In this document: positions 35,841 to 43,900 of the stretch, one piece after another
How the letters are laid out: the number at the start of each line of letters is the position of its first letter
How positions within the stretch are numbered: position 1 is the stretch's first letter
Origin: Candidatus Uhrbacteria bacterium
GTDB lineage: Bacteria > Patescibacteriota > Patescibacteriia > UBA9934
Reading direction: 5' to 3'
DNA: 57,930 nt
NCBI GenBank assembly: GCA_943358395.1
Contig: CALRGY010000003.1
Span: 1-57,930, forward strand
Notes under the pieces: model-generated
What the model saw: only the letters and a program-made list of their open reading frames with translations
The model's database searches: none
What the model was told of the DNA's origin: nothing
Translations under genes and position numbers: made by a program

Positions 35841-37241
35841 ATGTCAAAGCTCGAAATACCCCGCCAAGCCTCAAAAAACAAAGAAAAACTGCAGACGTTG
35901 GACGCAATATTTGAAGTTGGACCAGGAATACCCCTAGAGATCAAAAAGAACATCAAGAGCCTCATAAGAACCCTGGAACCATTTGAATCGCTTGCACAGG
36001 AAATGGCAGAGAGTCCCGATCCTGAGACACGAAGTGCCTTTCTCGCCATTCTTGAACAAAGTGGCACGCTCTCAGAAAAGTTCCTTACACAGTTTTCAGA
36101 AATCGCTGCAAGCCTCGCTAAATATGTCGAAACAGTGCGCTTTGGCACTGGTGCAACCGCAACACTTGAAACTCTCGATCGAGCACTCAATAGCGCCATT
36201 GTTCGCATGAAAAATAATGGACGGATCCTGGGCGAAAGAGTTGGTCATGAAATTGTACGATATGTCGTAATCATCCTTCATCAAACAAACATCGATACAC
36301 AAAATGAAAATGGATTCGCCGTGCATCAAAAAAAGCGAGTAGTACGGCATACTCCCGAGGAAGAAAAGAAAAGACGGGAGTATGTGGCACTTAGCGCGCT
36401 AGGGAAAGCAATGGTATACCCAAGGCAACGTCCAAACCCAGAGCGCAAAAACACCGACGATACATACACCTTCAAAGAAAAGGTTACACTCTTGCGGGAT
36501 ATTGATTTCCTGCCAGGGACCGGATTCCAGACTCAGATCGTCCTCCCATCCTCAAGCGTACTCCAAAAGATGCTCTTCGTAGACCTTGCCGTGCACGTCA
36601 TAAACAATCTTGATCCACTCTCTATTGCACGATTCAAAATGACATTCAACGGAGAAGAAATAACGGGAAATATTTCTCGTCTTGATGGCGACATTAATGC
36701 AAGCGGATGTCGCTTCCTCAAAATGCACGACGTACTGCGCGTTGCCGGGGTAGCAAACGCATCCTATTTTATCCAAGACGCAATCATTACCACCATGTTT
36801 ACTGCATGGGAACGTGGCATACTCCGTGAAATGCCCTACATCTCTGCAATACAGCGAGAAGAATCGATCGACACAACATCAGCGATCACTCTCGAAGAAT
36901 CTACCGGTGTCATAAAATCTCCACCGAGCACGGAATCAAATCTTCAACGAAACGAGGTCCTAAAAATAATCACACCACCATTAACACATCAAGAAAAACC
37001 AAGGTATATTAAAGGACAGCGGGAAGGCGTACGGAATATTTCCTGGATCACGGTCATGCGACGTTTCGCACAGATGGGAGTAACAATCAGTTATGAACGC
37101 CACCCAAAACTCACCTACAACGGAGAAACATACATCTACGTCAACAAACACGACGATGGAACCGATCGTCATACCAAACGCCTACGCGAAGCATTAGAGA
37201 AATTGAAAATACCAGAGAAAGATTTCTTGCGCGGTATCTAA
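35841..37241 (+). CDS. Hypothetical protein with C-terminal HicA-like domain
   Basis: Long ORF on the opposite strand to its neighbours; C-terminus ISWITVMRRFAQMGVTISYERHPKLTYNG...VNKH...LEKLKIPEKDF. Confidence 0.65.
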   Translation: MSKLEIPRQASKNKEKLQTLDAIFEVGPGIPLEIKKNIKSLIRTLEPFESLAQEMAESPDPETRSAFLAILEQSGTLSEKFLTQFSEIAASLAKYVETVRFGTGATATLETLDRALNSAIVRMKNNGRILGERVGHEIVRYVVIILHQTNIDTQNENGFAVHQKKRVVRHTPEEEKKRREYVALSALGKAMVYPRQRPNPERKNTDDTYTFKEKVTLLRDIDFLPGTGFQTQIVLPSSSVLQKMLFVDLAVHVINNLDPLSIARFKMTFNGEEITGNISRLDGDINASGCRFLKMHDVLRVAGVANASYFIQDAIITTMFTAWERGILREMPYISAIQREESIDTTSAITLEESTGVIKSPPSTESNLQRNEVLKIITPPLTHQEKPRYIKGQREGVRNISWITVMRRFAQMGVTISYERHPKLTYNGETYIYVNKHDDGTDRHTKRLREALEKLKIPEKDFLRGI

Positions 37242-37272
37242 AAAATGAGGCTCATTGCTGAGCCTCATTTTT
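37240..37272. terminator. Bidirectional terminator
   Basis: aaaaaatgaggctca-ttgc-tgagcctcattttt. Confidence 0.85.
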
Positions 37273-37281
37273 ATACTGTTC

Positions 37282-38151
37282 CTACATCGTCGCCGCCGCC
37301 TCCACCACAACCGTCCCCGTCATTTCTTCGTGATATCCACAGTGATAGGTATAAATCCCTGGGGTATCGAATCTGCGCACAAAGCTTTCTCCCGACTTCA
37401 TGGTTCCCGTTCCCCACGCATTATCATCTGCGGTTGCGGTATGGTTCACCGAATCATTATTCGTCCACTTCACTGTCTGACCAGCGGTGATTGTTGTGGT
37501 TGCATCGGCAGCCATCAACGAACCAAAGGCCATATCCTCAATAGGAATCCAGGTATAATTTGATAAGCTCTTATCGTCAGTGATCGAAGCCGTTCCACTC
37601 CACACACGACTCACAAAGAACGCTGCTCCCGATGCTGAATCTTGCACAATATCCGTGGTAAGTGACTCACCGATGGTGTAATTCGTAAAGAATCCATCAA
37701 GCACATCATCAATTGCCGTATTCCAACTTGCCCCGTACAACAAAACCGCAGTTGCTTCATCCGTCACCCACTGCAACGTGCCACCTTGATTCACGAAGTA
37801 TGTCTTTGGATCGGAATTGATCTTAATCATTTTACTTCCTGGTCTGTACGTCACGTTCCCTCCCATCTGAATTTTCGCCAATTCCGCGTCACTAATCGTC
37901 TTCACCGATGAGAAATCAAGTTCCCCAGTTTCTGCATCCGTATACCACGTTGCATATGTTTTTTCATTTGGAAACACATAACGGAACCCATCTTCACCCA
38001 TGTAGTACACCGCAGAGAATGACGTACCACGAATCAAATCACCAGGCTCCGCTGCCACCGTGCTTTCCGCATACACCAGCGCAAACGGCACTATGGAACC
38101 AAGAACACTCATTACCGTGAGTACCGACGCAAAACGGGAAAAAACATTCAT
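37282..38151 (-). CDS. Secreted protein: CPR-type N-terminal repeat domain plus cupredoxin (plastocyanin/amicyanin-like) domain
   Basis: Signal peptide; GQTVKWTNNDSVNHTAT...YTYHCGYHEEMTGTVVV supplies His/Cys/His/Met type-1 copper ligands. Confidence 0.85.
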   Translation of the reverse strand: MNVFSRFASVLTVMSVLGSIVPFALVYAESTVAAEPGDLIRGTSFSAVYYMGEDGFRYVFPNEKTYATWYTDAETGELDFSSVKTISDAELAKIQMGGNVTYRPGSKMIKINSDPKTYFVNQGGTLQWVTDEATAVLLYGASWNTAIDDVLDGFFTNYTIGESLTTDIVQDSASGAAFFVSRVWSGTASITDDKSLSNYTWIPIEDMAFGSLMAADATTTITAGQTVKWTNNDSVNHTATADDNAWGTGTMKSGESFVRRFDTPGIYTYHCGYHEEMTGTVVVEAAATM

Positions 38152-38163
38152 AAAAAAGACATG

Positions 38164-38288
38164 TAGGACTTCCTCATTTGAGGCTATTTTCGATGAACCA
38201 GGAGGAAATGTCGTGAAACGTACTTAACGGTACGTTGAACGACTTTCCGACGCAGTGAGTCGAAAAGAGACCAAATGGGAAAGGACTA
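38164..38288. repeat. Repeat family A copy 6
   Basis: taggacttcctcatttgaggctattttcga...gaaacgtacttaacggtacgttgaacg...gaccaaatgggaaaggacta; reverse complement closely matches copies 2 and 3. Confidence 0.88.
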
Positions 38289-38293
38289 AAAAA

Positions 38294-39166
38294 TTATTCT
38301 TCGATCACGGTGATTATACCAGTCACTTCTGGGTGGTAGCTATCGTAATAGGAATAATCACCTACCGCATCAAACCGATGTACAAACGATTCTCCCGGCT
38401 GCAACGTGCCAGTGCCCCAGCTATTATCATCAGCAGTTGCCGCGTGAACAACGGCGTCTGCATTGGTAAATCGCACCGTATTGCCGACAGAGATATAAAA
38501 TGTGCCGCCGTAAATTCCCGAGAGCGAATACGTCGTGATTCCTGCAAGTTCATTGCTCATAAAATTCACACGTGGTGGAACTTTCATGACCCAAGAAAAG
38601 TTTTGGCTAATTCCAGCCGTCTCCTCAAAAGTATTCGCGACAAATATCGTCGCATCCTTCAAAGGTACGTCGTTCAATACATCGCCGATAACATAATTCC
38701 CGAAGAATCCATCCGGAATATCGTCAATCTTCGACTGCCATGCCGATCCATAGAGTGCAGCTGCCATCTCTTCAGAAGGAACCCATCGCAATGTTCCGCC
38801 TTGCGTTACCATATACGTCTTCGGGTCACTAGCGATCTTCACCATCTTGCTTCCCGGTCGATACGTCACGTTTCCTCCCATTTGAATATCAGCAAGCTCA
38901 GCATCGCTGATCGTCTTTACCGTCGAAAAATCGGCATACCATGTAAAGTATGTTTTTTCATCGGGAAAGACATAACGCAGTCCATCCGGCGCCATGAAAT
39001 ACACGGACGAGAACGTGGTGCCACGAATAAGATCGTAAGCTTCTGCTGTTGTTTCAGTAGCATGAACAGGAGCAAGTGGCATAAGACCGATGATGAGACT
39101 CATCACTGCAAACGTCGACAAGAATCGTGATGATAATTTCATAGACGAAGAAAAATACTTGTTCAT
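38294..39166 (-). CDS. Paralog of 37282-38151 with degenerate cupredoxin site
   Basis: Same domain layout with high similarity; GNTVRFTNADAVVHAAT...YSYYDSYHPEVTGIITV (Cys to Asp, Met to Val). Confidence 0.82.
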   Translation of the reverse strand: MNKYFSSSMKLSSRFLSTFAVMSLIIGLMPLAPVHATETTAEAYDLIRGTTFSSVYFMAPDGLRYVFPDEKTYFTWYADFSTVKTISDAELADIQMGGNVTYRPGSKMVKIASDPKTYMVTQGGTLRWVPSEEMAAALYGSAWQSKIDDIPDGFFGNYVIGDVLNDVPLKDATIFVANTFEETAGISQNFSWVMKVPPRVNFMSNELAGITTYSLSGIYGGTFYISVGNTVRFTNADAVVHAATADDNSWGTGTLQPGESFVHRFDAVGDYSYYDSYHPEVTGIITVIEE

Positions 39167-39173
39167 TGTAACA

Positions 39174-40487
39174 CTACGGTCTCAATCGCTGGACATCACG
39201 AGGAAAGATTGTTGCTTCTTTGACGTTGGATAATCCAAGAACATTTTGGGTTAATCGTTGCAAGCCAATGGCGAAGCCGCCTTCTGGAGGAATGCCGAAT
39301 TTGTGCATAGTGAGATAATCTTCGAAATCTTTTGGATCTAATCCTTTCTCCACAATCCGAGCAAGTTGTTCATCGTATCGATTGATGCGCATGCCTCCCG
39401 ACGTGATCTCACTTCCGAATCCGATGACGTCGAATGAAAGCGTGTTCTCAGGATTTGCTGGGTCGGGTTTTACATAGAACGCACGCTTTGTTGCTGGCCA
39501 ATCGGTAACAAAGACGAAGCCACAGTTGTGATGTTTCACCGACCACACTGTCGATAACCAGCGCTCTGCGGCTGGCGAAAGATCAGGCTCGTTTGTCTCA
39601 TCGATTCCTGCCTCGTCACGATACGCTTCGAGCGCCTGTTTCAAGGTGATTCGAGGAAATCGGTCGCCAAGTGGTGGCAATGTCACATCGAGCAGTTTGA
39701 TTTCGACGGCACATTCTTTCTCGACCGTCGCCATCATTTCTCGAATAACACCTTCCTCGACCTCCATCAATTCTTCCATATCCGTCACAAACCCCATCTC
39801 GAACTCGAATTGATTGAACTCGGTCAAATGCCGTGACGTCGCAAACTTTTCTGCGCGAAATGAATACGACAGTCCATAAACACCCTCGTAGACTCCCATC
39901 GTGATCTGTTTGTAGAGCTGTGCCGATTGCGTGAGCGTTGCTTCTCTTCCGTAATAATCGACCTTGAAAAATTCAGCACCGCCTTCACTTGCTGCACCAG
40001 AAAGCACAGGGAAAAAGATTTCCGTAAATCCTTGACGCTCCATGAACGATCGATAGCCATGAACAAGTGCGGCTTGCACGCGAAAAATTGCGCGCTGTTT
40101 TGGATGACGAAGGGTGATGACACGATTATCGAGCAAGGTATCGAGCTGAACATCGAGCACTGGCTTGCCGATTTCAACCGGTACAACGTCGATGACGGGC
40201 GAAAGGATTTCGAGTTTCTCGACCTGCATCTCCACTTCTTTCATCGACGGATCCTTCGATTTCTTCTCCACGATCTTGCCGGTGACAGATAGTACAGTTT
40301 CGACCTGAAGTCCTTTAAGCTGCTCAAGTTGTTCGGCGTTCAATACGGTCTGCGCCAAACCAGATCGATCACGAATAATCGCAAAACCAAATTTACTCAT
40401 GTCGCGCAAGCTATTAAGCCAACCTGCAATGGTTACTGTTTCGCCGAGCTTTGATGGGAGGTCTTTGATGAGTGTTCTGTTTTTCAT
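39174..40487 (-). CDS. aspS: Aspartate--tRNA ligase, archaeal/non-discriminating type
   Basis: About 437 aa without GAD insertion; LDNRVITLR, SEGGAEFF, LTQSAQLYKQ, FRAE...SRHLTEF, EITSGGMRI, PPEGGFAIGLQRL, FPRD..RL.P. Confidence 0.88.
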   Translation of the reverse strand: MKNRTLIKDLPSKLGETVTIAGWLNSLRDMSKFGFAIIRDRSGLAQTVLNAEQLEQLKGLQVETVLSVTGKIVEKKSKDPSMKEVEMQVEKLEILSPVIDVVPVEIGKPVLDVQLDTLLDNRVITLRHPKQRAIFRVQAALVHGYRSFMERQGFTEIFFPVLSGAASEGGAEFFKVDYYGREATLTQSAQLYKQITMGVYEGVYGLSYSFRAEKFATSRHLTEFNQFEFEMGFVTDMEELMEVEEGVIREMMATVEKECAVEIKLLDVTLPPLGDRFPRITLKQALEAYRDEAGIDETNEPDLSPAAERWLSTVWSVKHHNCGFVFVTDWPATKRAFYVKPDPANPENTLSFDVIGFGSEITSGGMRINRYDEQLARIVEKGLDPKDFEDYLTMHKFGIPPEGGFAIGLQRLTQNVLGLSNVKEATIFPRDVQRLRP

Positions 40488-40513
40488 ACGTCGTATTGGT
40501 CCTATAAGTCTTA

Positions 40514-41821
40514 TTAGGGTGTTGATCGGTTCAGCATTCTTGGAAATGCGATGGTTTCGCGAATGTGGTGCACGCCGGTGATCCATCGAACCGTTCGTTC
40601 AAGCCCGATGCCGAATCCGGAGTGCGGCACACTTCCGTACTTTCGCGTGTTCAAGTACCACTCATACTCTGCTAACGGATAATTTCGATCAACAATTTCT
40701 TTTTTGAGCATCTCGTAACTCTCCTCACGCTGGCTGCCACCAATAATCTCTCTTCCCTCTTCTGGTGCAATCAGATCGGCACATCGCGCACGAAGTACGC
40801 CAGCATCATCGGTATACCGTTTCATGTAGAACGACTTAATCTCTGCGGGATAATCTTCGATGAACACCGGAAGCTTGTACGTATTCCCAAGGGCAATCTC
40901 CTCTTCCGTCGACATATCACCGAGAAGGTCGACGGGCTCGATCGTGAGTTTCTCGTCATGAAGAATCTTTTTCGCCTCGGAATGTTTCAAATGAACGAAT
41001 GACTCATTCACGATCCGTTCAAGGATCGTCGTGTCTCGCTCCAGAATCGCAAGCTCTTGTTTGCAGTGATCGAGGACATCTTTCACAATCCGCTTCACCA
41101 TCTTTTCTTGAATATCCATGTTCATCGCTTGATCGAAATACGCCATTTCTGCATCCATCATCCACAGTTCGCTCAAGTGATGACGCGTCTTGCTCTTCTC
41201 TGCGCGGAATACAGGACCAAAGTCGTACACCTTTCCAAAGCCCATAATCCCTGCCTCGCTATACAGCTGACCGGATTGGGAGAGATACTTTGGATCGCCG
41301 TAGTAATCGACCTGGAAAAGCTGCGTGGTATCTTCGCAACTTGTCGGCTGAATGATTGGAGTATCGAAACGAATGAATCCTTCTTCGTGAAAGAACTGTT
41401 CGATGCTAAAAAATACGCGATCGCGAATGCGTAACACTGCCCACGGCGTCTGCGATCGGAGATACAAGTCGCGATTCTCGAACAAGAATTCTGGACCATG
41501 TTCCTTCTTCCCGATCGGATAATCTTCCGGCGCAACGTGCACCATCGTGAACCCCGTTCCCTGAATCTCAAATCCCGATGGTGATCGGGGCTCTGCCTTC
41601 ACAATACCCTTCACTATCACCGATGACTCAATACGAACGCCCTGCAACGATTCCCACGCCGCGGCATCAATATCTTGTGGCGAATACACAACTTGTACTC
41701 TTCCAGAACCATCCCGAAATTGCAGAAAGTAAATCTTTCCACTCGATCTAAAGTTATACGCCCAGCCCTTCAGCTCAACTTCCTGCCCGACCATGGATGA
41801 GAGTTGTGAAATATATGTCAT
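40514..41821 (-). CDS. asnS: Asparagine--tRNA ligase
   Basis: YPIGKKEHGPEFL..RDLYLRS, YLSQSGQLYSEA, FRAEKSKTRHHLSE, EIIGGSQRE, YGSVPHSGFGIGLER. Confidence 0.95.
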   Translation of the reverse strand: MTYISQLSSMVGQEVELKGWAYNFRSSGKIYFLQFRDGSGRVQVVYSPQDIDAAAWESLQGVRIESSVIVKGIVKAEPRSPSGFEIQGTGFTMVHVAPEDYPIGKKEHGPEFLFENRDLYLRSQTPWAVLRIRDRVFFSIEQFFHEEGFIRFDTPIIQPTSCEDTTQLFQVDYYGDPKYLSQSGQLYSEAGIMGFGKVYDFGPVFRAEKSKTRHHLSELWMMDAEMAYFDQAMNMDIQEKMVKRIVKDVLDHCKQELAILERDTTILERIVNESFVHLKHSEAKKILHDEKLTIEPVDLLGDMSTEEEIALGNTYKLPVFIEDYPAEIKSFYMKRYTDDAGVLRARCADLIAPEEGREIIGGSQREESYEMLKKEIVDRNYPLAEYEWYLNTRKYGSVPHSGFGIGLERTVRWITGVHHIRETIAFPRMLNRSTP

Positions 41822-42107
41822 AAAAAGAAAAATTCGCCTGTACAGAACCACAATGGAATCATTATGGAGCTATACGGGCGAAGTTACTCGCGGTGCCACC
41901 GTACTTTTCCGTCAACAGCTTTTGGCCGATTTTCGATTCACTCGTCAGAAATTTGCTCAACGTACCGCGAAGTACGCCTCGCAAATTTCCTTCCTCGTTC
42001 ATCGAAACTCGTCGCAAGATCTGTCGCCGGACTCGTTTCTATTTTATCGATCACCGAATCCAAAAGTTGTTTGCTTTTGGCGCGCGCTGTCACGGCGTGC
42101 AGTCAGT
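41822..42107 (-). promoter_or_regulatory. T-box riboswitch leader of asnS-aspS (transcription attenuator)
   Basis: Antiterminator TACGG-TGGCACC-GCGA-GTAACT-TCGC-CCGTA (T-box GGTGGCACCGCG at 41889-41900). It is mutually exclusive with terminator TTCGCCCGTATAG..CCATAATG-ATTC-CATTGTGG..CTGTACAGGCGAA plus TTTTTCTTTTT right before the asnS ATG. Confidence 0.85.
41909..42030. repeat. Repeat family A copy 7, at the stem III position of the T-box
   Basis: ccgtcaacag...caacgtaccgcgaagtacgcctc...ctgtcgccgg. Confidence 0.82.
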
Positions 42108-42113
42108 AGAGGG

Positions 42114-42142
42114 AGTGTAGCACGGGAACCTGATCCTTTGAA
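42114..42142 (-). promoter_or_regulatory. Putative promoter of the T-box/asnS-aspS transcript
   Basis: TTCAAA-17 nt-TACACT with extended TG. Confidence 0.55.
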
Positions 42143-42234
42143 GGGGTGATGGACTGACTCTGCCGTCGCCCCTCCCAATCCACTCAAAGGATCAATGCAG
42201 TTTTTCAGTGTAATCCCCAAACCAAACAATGTCT

Positions 42235-43029
42235 TTATACCGCCACTGGCACTGCCAACACTCCTGTCCAAAACGGCATCACCATTTCTCCGGGCACGTG
42301 ATACACATACACATCGTGCACGCATTGCACAAAATCCTCAACCTGATTACCGATCAATGGAAGGCGCATGAGAGATTCGTACGTTTCGTCGCGCCCAATG
42401 CGCATTAACGTAACGATCTCTTCGTTCATCGGTCGCGCCGAAAACCAATCTTCGGGGCTCGTTTGCACACAATCCGAACAGACCAATCCGCCCCGCCCGC
42501 CGTGCCAACGAAATGAAAGCGGAAGAACGTTTTTTCGACACGCAAGGCAATCGTGGAGCTCGACGCCGTATCCCAATCTACTTAACAAGCGAAGGATTGT
42601 TGCACCAAGAACAAAGGCACTTCGCGTATTATGCAGCGAAACTTGTGCGTTAAGAAAACGGACAAGACCAATCACATCATCGAACAATTCTGGATCCGCA
42701 AGGTCTGGCCGAATTGCCTTTGCGAGCATAGCGAATAACGTTTGCGTAAACATCCGATGTTCAAGATTCGTCTGAATCCGATCAAAAACCTCGCGGCGTT
42801 CAACGCCAATAACAGTCGTTGATCGCGCACTTTTAACAATCTCAAGATCCACAACAGCAAAAGGCTCCAAATGCGCCGCAAGTTTTGCTCTCGGTTTTTG
42901 CGCACCCCGCCCTACAAACTCAATCAATCCATAATCGGGGGTCAGTGCGCTATACCAGCGATCAGACTCTCTCCACGCCGATGATGTCAGCACGATTGCA
43001 GTGGTTTTTAATGCTGACCACATACTCAT
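42235..43029 (-). CDS. recO: DNA repair protein RecO
   Basis: AIVL....RESDR....LT...G......GAQKP..KLAAHLEPF; CLAC...GGLVCSDC zinc finger. Confidence 0.92.
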   Translation of the reverse strand: MSMWSALKTTAIVLTSSAWRESDRWYSALTPDYGLIEFVGRGAQKPRAKLAAHLEPFAVVDLEIVKSARSTTVIGVERREVFDRIQTNLEHRMFTQTLFAMLAKAIRPDLADPELFDDVIGLVRFLNAQVSLHNTRSAFVLGATILRLLSRLGYGVELHDCLACRKNVLPLSFRWHGGRGGLVCSDCVQTSPEDWFSARPMNEEIVTLMRIGRDETYESLMRLPLIGNQVEDFVQCVHDVYVYHVPGEMVMPFWTGVLAVPVAV

Positions 43030-43451
43030 TCCGTACGCCGCTTCGCAGTATCAACTGTGAGCTCTACATCACCGTCCAAAAACGCCTGAAGAATAATCTT
43101 CGCTGCCCAAGCATCTTCCGGCATATCACTGTCATATTCTTGTTGCAATCGACGAGCCTCTGCCGATGTAAACTGTTCGTCAACAACGAAAATCGGCATC
43201 GGAGTTGCCGCTTGAACATCACGAACGAATTGTTTTGTGAGTTTGAGTTGCGTTTCGGTATGGTGCGCGTCCGGAATCGGTAGCCCAATCACAAGCGCCT
43301 CGGCACCTTCATCCCTCGCACGATTCAAAATCGTCGAAATCGCCTTCACTCCCCCATCGATATTCCCCATCGGGAACGCCAAACCCGTCTCATCGTCTCC
43401 AGACGCAAGACCAATCTTCTTCACACCAAAATCAACTCCGAGGTATTTCAC
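43026..43451 (-). CDS. ruvX: YqgF/RuvX pre-16S rRNA nuclease
   Basis: LGVDFGVKKIGLA, LVIGLP, VDEQFTS, DAWAAKIILQ. Confidence 0.93.
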   Translation of the reverse strand: MKYLGVDFGVKKIGLASGDDETGLAFPMGNIDGGVKAISTILNRARDEGAEALVIGLPIPDAHHTETQLKLTKQFVRDVQAATPMPIFVVDEQFTSAEARRLQQEYDSDMPEDAWAAKIILQAFLDGDVELTVDTAKRRTE

Positions 43452-43897
43452 ATGACTTGACGTACGCCTGGAGAAATAAAGTCCGCACGAACAATATCAC
43501 CATTACTTTTCACCGGCATGTCATCGGTAACTACAAACATTCCATCACCATCATCGACGTGAAGAAGAAGCACAAACGGCTCGCCTTCCGTCATTTCATC
43601 CGAAAGTTTTATATCGACCTCAACGTTCTCTCCGATATTCAACAGATCCGAAACTCCGATCATTGGACCAGGAGCACTACCAACCGATCGATGAAGCGTG
43701 ACAAATCCCGGTTTCACAATCGTCACAAGGATTTTCGTTTCATATTTCGTTGGAGTCGTCACCGAGATCGCAGAACCCACAACCTCAACCGGACCGTAGC
43801 TGAGTTCTGGTGCAGACTTTGCGAAGTACAAAAATACTCCAATCGCCGCGATCACGATAATGAGAATAATGCCTCCAAAAATATCATCCTTTTTCAT
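43448..43897 (-). CDS. Membrane-anchored hypothetical protein (beta-sandwich, DUF7282-like)
   Basis: N-terminal transmembrane segment; PGFVTLH...G..IGVS.LL..GE..V.I.L...LLHVDDGDG.F..D.PV. Family call is tentative. Confidence 0.6.
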   Translation of the reverse strand: MKKDDIFGGIILIIVIAAIGVFLYFAKSAPELSYGPVEVVGSAISVTTPTKYETKILVTIVKPGFVTLHRSVGSAPGPMIGVSDLLNIGENVEVDIKLSDEMTEGEPFVLLLHVDDGDGMFVVTDDMPVKSNGDIVRADFISPGVRQVM

Positions 43898-43900
43898 AAT

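Noticed and set aside
81-42030. Repeat families as a CRISPR array
   Set aside because: Copies are dispersed rather than regularly spaced, and no cas genes are present.
42131-42194. tgatcctttga/tcaaaggatca hairpin as T-box stem I
   Set aside because: No AGUA/GAA, AG-box or GGUGNRA motifs, and it overlaps the predicted -35. More likely a recO 3' structure, though not excluded.
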